Below are positions 59,161 to 64,000 of a stretch of DNA of 64,000 nt, one piece after another. Positions within the stretch are counted from its first letter, which is position 1; every line of letters begins with the position of its first letter. The stretch spans positions 32,001 through 96,000 of the forward strand of contig JBGARZ010000020.1 in the NCBI GenBank assembly GCA_044229975.1. The letters are read 5' to 3'. Made by a program: the position numbers and the translations under genes. The notes beneath the pieces were generated by a model, which was not told the DNA's origin, did no database searches, and saw nothing but the letters and a program-made list of their open reading frames with translations. Source of the DNA: Polyangiales bacterium. Lineage in GTDB: Bacteria > Myxococcota_A > Polyangia > Polyangiales > Ga0077539.

Positions 59161-60417
59161 TCATGGCCTCGGTGCGGCCATTCCTTCGGGCGCGACCCAG
59201 TACACGCCGCCGCCCTGGTCATCGCTGAAGAACAACCTTCCATCCGGCGCAAAGGTCACGTCCGTGATGCGCCCCACGATGCCTTCGCTGCGTCGCCCCC
59301 ATCCCGTGATGAAGTCCTGCCACTGCCCGTTGGGTCGACCCTGCGCGTCGAGCGGGCACCAGATGACCTTGGTGTCCTGCCAGGTCTCGAAAGCACCGTG
59401 CAGGCCCACGAAGAATCCGTTGCGCCACGGCGCCGGCCAGCGACCGCGCTCGAAGTCGATGCCGAAGGGCGTGTCGTTGAGCGGCCACGAGGTGAGCTCC
59501 TCCGCGACGCTCGCGCAGTTGGCGCCGTTGGCTCGTCCGGGCGGCGCCATGTCGTTGCGCCCCGCGCAGCAGGGATAGCCGTAGTTGCCGGGGCCCGCTC
59601 CGAGGCGCACCAGCTTCTCGCGACCGCGCGTTCCGGTAGCTGGGTCCCACGAGTCGTCGGAGAGCTCGGCGGCGTAACACTCGGTGCCCGCGGGGTCGCA
59701 CCGCAGGTACATCGGGTTGCGCATCCCCGACACGACCACCGCGGGTTCGAGGCTCCCCGGGACGAGCCGAAAGACGGCTCCCGCTCGCGGTGTTCCTGGG
59801 CACGTGTAGCTCTGGTACTGGCCCTGCGAGACGTAGATGGTTCCGTCGGCGGAGCGCGCGAGGGTGTGCGTCCAGCGGGCGGCGGGCGAGAGGCCCACCA
59901 TCGACGCGACCTGCTCGGGCGCGGTGGTCCCGATGCGACGCTGACCGGGCGCGTAGGGAACGCGAAACACCCCGGTGCTGCGGGTGTAGTAGAGCCACCC
60001 GTCGACGAAGAGCAGGCCGTGCACATCGGACAGGTTGCCCGCGAACTCGGTCACCTCGGCGATGCCGTCGCGGTTGTCGTCGGTGAGCACGGCGATCTGC
60101 CCGGTGCCCGGCGGAGCGAGCCCTGGCGTGCGCAGAGAGGGCGACGCCACGAAGAGGTCGCCGTTGGGAGAAAACGCCATCACCCGCGGCGCGGCGATGT
60201 TGGTGAAGCGCCTCACGCAGAACCCATACGGGTGCCCCGATCGGGTCACATCCGGCGCAGGGAGATCACAGAAGTAGGTCTCACCAGGCTGTCGATCGAG
60301 CGGCGGTCGCTCGGGATGAACGACCCCCGAATCAACCCCCTCCGGGCTGCCCGTACAGCCGACGAAGACGAGGGCCGTGACGGCGACGAGGCAGCTCCGA
60401 AGGGACAGCGCGCGCAT
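59161..60417 (-). CDS. PQQ-dependent sugar/sorbosone dehydrogenase family lipoprotein
   Basis: FVGC lipobox, PRVMAFSPNGDLFV, GMRNP, NYGYP.C, GLHG, GR..DV..APDG.LFFSDD..G.VY. Confidence 0.85.
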   Translation of the reverse strand: MRALSLRSCLVAVTALVFVGCTGSPEGVDSGVVHPERPPLDRQPGETYFCDLPAPDVTRSGHPYGFCVRRFTNIAAPRVMAFSPNGDLFVASPSLRTPGLAPPGTGQIAVLTDDNRDGIAEVTEFAGNLSDVHGLLFVDGWLYYTRSTGVFRVPYAPGQRRIGTTAPEQVASMVGLSPAARWTHTLARSADGTIYVSQGQYQSYTCPGTPRAGAVFRLVPGSLEPAVVVSGMRNPMYLRCDPAGTECYAAELSDDSWDPATGTRGREKLVRLGAGPGNYGYPCCAGRNDMAPPGRANGANCASVAEELTSWPLNDTPFGIDFERGRWPAPWRNGFFVGLHGAFETWQDTKVIWCPLDAQGRPNGQWQDFITGWGRRSEGIVGRITDVTFAPDGRLFFSDDQGGGVYWVAPEGMAAPRP

Positions 60418-60434
60418 GGGGGTTGTCCGGTGGT

Positions 60435-61922
60435 CTACCAACCGCGCGGGCGAGACGGCAACCCGCGGCGCCTCCGACGCGCCCCGATCATCAACGCGGC
60501 CACCGCGAACAACGCACCACCCCGACCGTCGCGCGCCCCGACCACGCGACACCCGCAGCTCTCGACTGTGGGCGGCGGCGCCGCGGGCCCACGATCGGCA
60601 GCAGGCGTCCCGGCATCCATCGCGACGTCGACGGTGACATCACGCGCGACGGTTCCGCGGTCGGTGCTCATCACCGGAACATCGAACGCCACATCCGCGG
60701 TCGGCAGCAGGCACCGCATCCCCGCGGCTCCATCCGTCACGGTGCCCGCGTCGATGCTCGCGTCGGGGAAGGTCGGCGTGCGCGGCGCGCTCGCGTCGAT
60801 GCCACGCAGCAGAAGCGTCTGGCCGTTCCAGAGCGAGCCGCACACCCGGCTGACCTCGGTGGTGCTCCCGCAGGCGGGCGCGCTGCCGTCGAGCAGCCGC
60901 AGCGAGAGCAGCGGGTCGATGGTGTCGCCGCCGTCGCGCGAGCGGCCGAGCGCATAGCCGTCCACCGCCTCATCGGCGCACACGAACAGCAGCCCCGCGT
61001 GGTAGCGCAGGCACCGCACGCTCACCTCCGCGGCGGTGCGCACCCACGGCCCGCAGCGCGTCGATCGCTGGATGCCTTCGGCGCGGTCGGCGCTGCCGAT
61101 CCACACCGTCTCGCCGTCGTCCGAGAGCGCGAAGCCCACCATCTCCGCGCGCGTCGCACCGACGACCCGCAGCGTCGCGCCGCCGTCGTCGCTGCGCAGC
61201 AGGAGCGTTCCGGCGCCGCGGATGGCGCGCACGTAGAGCACGTCGGCGCTGCGCGGATCGACCCCCGCCAGGTACACGCCACCATCGGCCCCGGCGAAGT
61301 CGCGGGACACCTCGCGCACGCTTCGTCCACCGTCGTCGCTGCGCAGCATCATCGGGCGCCCGTTGCTGTCGTAGCCCGTGACGTACACCCGGTTGGGGTC
61401 GTTGGGCGCCACGTCGGCGGTCTCGGTGAAGTACCCCGCGAGCGACGCGCCGGCGGTCCAGGTGCGCCCGCCGTCGTTCGAGAGCACCAGCGCGTTGTCA
61501 CCCGTCGGCCCGACGAGCGCGACCATCGAACGCCCATCCGCCGTGTGCGTCACATCGGCGAAGCCGCGGGTGGGCGACGGGCCGTTGACCTGGCTCCATT
61601 CGCAGTAGGCGGGGTCGCTGCCGTAGAGGCCCGTGAAGGTCGCGAGCACGAGGCGCCCGTCGAAGCCGATGGACACCGACGGGTCGCCGCCGGTGGTGTC
61701 GAAGGCCTCCTCGCAGGCCCACGCCCACGACCGCCCGGCGTCGCGCGAGATCATCAAGCCGAAGGTGGTGCGGAGCGTCAGCACGTCGTTGGTCGAGCCG
61801 GGGCCCGCGACGAAATAGTTGGCCGTGGGAAAGCGCCCGTTGGCCTCGGCGCGACCCTCCATCACGAGCGCCGTCACGAGCGCCAACCCTCCGATCACCC
61901 ATCTCTGTCCGCGTGCTGCCAT
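60435..61922 (-). CDS. BNR/Asp-box beta-propeller protein with MYXO-CTERM sorting signal
   Basis: ANGRFP N-terminus, repeated S.DGG.(T/S)W boxes, C-terminal CGCRV...hydrophobic...RRRRR. Confidence 0.85.
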   Translation of the reverse strand: MAARGQRWVIGGLALVTALVMEGRAEANGRFPTANYFVAGPGSTNDVLTLRTTFGLMISRDAGRSWAWACEEAFDTTGGDPSVSIGFDGRLVLATFTGLYGSDPAYCEWSQVNGPSPTRGFADVTHTADGRSMVALVGPTGDNALVLSNDGGRTWTAGASLAGYFTETADVAPNDPNRVYVTGYDSNGRPMMLRSDDGGRSVREVSRDFAGADGGVYLAGVDPRSADVLYVRAIRGAGTLLLRSDDGGATLRVVGATRAEMVGFALSDDGETVWIGSADRAEGIQRSTRCGPWVRTAAEVSVRCLRYHAGLLFVCADEAVDGYALGRSRDGGDTIDPLLSLRLLDGSAPACGSTTEVSRVCGSLWNGQTLLLRGIDASAPRTPTFPDASIDAGTVTDGAAGMRCLLPTADVAFDVPVMSTDRGTVARDVTVDVAMDAGTPAADRGPAAPPPTVESCGCRVVGARDGRGGALFAVAALMIGARRRRRGLPSRPRGW

Positions 61923-62066
61923 GACGCGGTCACCATCGCACGGTCGCGCTCGCGATGACCTGCGTTGTCGCGGTGCGGAGTGTTCGCCCGTCATGGTCAC
62001 CACCGCCCCACCACTGGACCTGAGCGCCGCGACTGAGGCAACCTCCGCCCCGGAGATCCCCCGCGA

Positions 62067-64000
62067 ATGCGTACCCTCTTGCTTCGTTCAGCTGCGCTCT
62101 TGATGTTGTGCCTGGGAGCGGCGGCCTGTGCCGGCGGCCAGGTCGCCGAGATGGACGGCTCGACCCCGACCGACGACTTCACCGTCGCCGACGACTTCGG
62201 GAAGAAGGACCTCGACGCCCCCAACCCCGACTCCCCGCCCGACCCCGGTCGCTGCGGCCAGGCCAGCCAGCGGTGCTGCGGCGGCACGGCCTGTGAGCGC
62301 GGCCTCGACTGTCGCGAGGGCGCGTGCTGTTCGTTGCCCGCGGCGACGTGCACGGCCCCGGGCGAGTGCTGCGACGGGATGCAGTGCATGACGGGTCGCT
62401 GCTGCCACGCCATGGGCGACCGCTGCGAAAACAGCGCCGACTGCTGCGAGGGCACCACCTGCAACGGCGGCACCTGCATGGCGTCGTCGCCGGGCTGCGG
62501 GGCGATGGGCCAGGCGTGCTGCCTGGGCGACACCTGCTCGGCGGGCTTCACCTGCAACGGCGGCATGTGCGCCGTCTGCGGCGGCGCCGGTCAGGCGTGC
62601 TGCCCCGGCGCCACCTGCACGGGCACCCTCGCGTGCATCTCCGACACCTGCCAGATGCCCACCGCGTGCGGCGATCGGCTCCAGCCGTGCTGCGCGGGCA
62701 GCTCGTGCAACAGCGGCCTCACCTGCGACAGCGCGGGCGCTTGCAGCCCGGCCCCCGCGGCCTGCGGCGGCGACGGACAGATGTGCTGCGGCACCGCGTG
62801 CAACCCGGGCCTCGCGTGCAACTCGGGCACCTGCGCGACGCCCGTCGGCGGCGGCGCCTGCGGCAGCAGCGGCGAAGCCTGCTGCGGCGGAACGGCCTGC
62901 AACAGCGGCCTCACCTGCACCAGCGGCCGCTGCATGACGACGTCGGGCGGCGGCAGCGGGGCGTGCGGCGGCAGCGGTGAGACCTGCTGCGGCGGGACGG
63001 CCTGCAACAGCGGCCTGTCGTGCATGGGCGGCTCGTGCTCGGCGACGATGCCCGGCGGCGGCAGCGGGATGATGGGCGGCGGGACGCCCGGCGCGTGCGG
63101 CGCCATCGGTCAGCCGTGCTGCGGGTCGGCGGCGTGCAACATGGGCGCGGTCTGCGCGAGCGGCGTGTGCCGCGCGTCGACGCCGGGCGGCAGTGACGGC
63201 GGGGTGATTCCGGTGGTCGACGCGGGCCCCGGCGGCGGGGCGTGCGGCGGCGACGGCGAGACCTGCTGCGGCGGGACGGCCTGCAACAGCGGCCTCACCT
63301 GCACGTCGGGTTCGTGCACCGCGGGCTCGGGGATGATGCCCTGCGGCGGCGACGGCGAGGCGTGCTGCGGCACGGCGGCGTGCGAGTCGGGGCTCACCTG
63401 CAACACGTCGACCCGGCGCTGCGGCGCCAGCACGACGCCGGTCTGCGGCGGCGACGGGCAGCGGTGCTGCGCGATGGATGCGTGCACCAACCCGGCGTTC
63501 AACTGCGTGGGCGGGTTCTGCCGCAACTGCGGCGCGTCGGGTGCGGCGTGCGGCGCGGGCAACGCCTGCTGCTCCGGCCTCACCTGCTCGGGGACGACCT
63601 GCACCAGCGGCACCACCCCGCTCCCCGCCGGCTCGACCTGCACCCCGGGCGCGATGCCCGGCTGCGCGACCGGAACCATGTGCGCCGACGCCAACGGCAC
63701 CGACCGCTGCTGCCGCGCCGAGACCGGTCGCTGCACCCGCGACACCGAGTGCTGCGGCGAGCTCACCTGCCGCTCGGGCACCTGCCAGCGCAACATGGCC
63801 GGCGGCGGTTGCAGCAGCAACGCCGACTGCACGTCGGGCAACACCTGCCAGAGCGGCGAGTGCCGCCCGATGGCCGAGCCCTGCGTGATGGGCGGCGCGG
63901 CCTGCACCTCCGCGGGCGCGCGCTGCTGCGGCTCGCTGAGCTGCAACGGGACGGGCTCTGCGGGCCGTTGTTGCAGCAACGCGGGCTCGTCGTGCACGGG
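62067..64000 (+). CDS. Cysteine-rich repeat lipoprotein, continues beyond window
   Basis: Not in ORF track (no stop). MRTLLLRSAALLMLCLGAAAC lipobox then many CGGxGxxCCxxxxCNxGLxCxxGxC units. Confidence 0.85.
   Translation, partial: MRTLLLRSAALLMLCLGAAACAGGQVAEMDGSTPTDDFTVADDFGKKDLDAPNPDSPPDPGRCGQASQRCCGGTACERGLDCREGACCSLPAATCTAPGECCDGMQCMTGRCCHAMGDRCENSADCCEGTTCNGGTCMASSPGCGAMGQACCLGDTCSAGFTCNGGMCAVCGGAGQACCPGATCTGTLACISDTCQMPTACGDRLQPCCAGSSCNSGLTCDSAGACSPAPAACGGDGQMCCGTACNPGLACNSGTCATPVGGGACGSSGEACCGGTACNSGLTCTSGRCMTTSGGGSGACGGSGETCCGGTACNSGLSCMGGSCSATMPGGGSGMMGGGTPGACGAIGQPCCGSAACNMGAVCASGVCRASTPGGSDGGVIPVVDAGPGGGACGGDGETCCGGTACNSGLTCTSGSCTAGSGMMPCGGDGEACCGTAACESGLTCNTSTRRCGASTTPVCGGDGQRCCAMDACTNPAFNCVGGFCRNCGASGAACGAGNACCSGLTCSGTTCTSGTTPLPAGSTCTPGAMPGCATGTMCADANGTDRCCRAETGRCTRDTECCGELTCRSGTCQRNMAGGGCSSNADCTSGNTCQSGECRPMAEPCVMGGAACTSAGARCCGSLSCNGTGSAGRCCSNAGSSCT

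Overview
Very GC-rich bacterial DNA. Gene content (MYXO-CTERM sorting signal, Cys-rich and FG-GAP lipoproteins, DUF1501 operon) points to Myxococcota, probably Polyangiales-like; this assignment is inference. Housekeeping genes include a biotin carboxylase, a partial complex I operon (nuoA-B-C-D-G-H-I, no nuoE/F or nuoJ-N here), GTP-dependent PEP carboxykinase and an enoyl-CoA hydratase, interspersed with many secreted lipoproteins. An accessory block at ~31.5-40.5 kb holds an MmeI-like type IIG restriction-modification enzyme with a compositionally foreign specificity region, a Septu-like ATPase + HNH pair, a 43-bp hairpin tandem array, an all-helical hypothetical protein, and a REP-associated tyrosine transposase (RAYT-like). 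The RAYT gene is bracketed by two long, oppositely oriented 53-bp-period arrays (10 and 18 copies of a 27-bp palindromic core with shuffled linkers). Other oddities: a single-gene ATPase-TOPRIM (OLD/PARIS-like) candidate, an apparently inactive ABC-type ATPase, a nucleotidyltransferase toxin-antitoxin-like pair, a circularly permuted esterase, two genes with apparent in-frame deletions, a 240-bp palindrome with a shortened second copy (both directly downstream of patatin genes), and an NtrC-type regulator lacking GAFTGA. No rRNA, tRNA or CRISPR-cas genes were recognised. All family calls come from motifs read by eye, not database searches.
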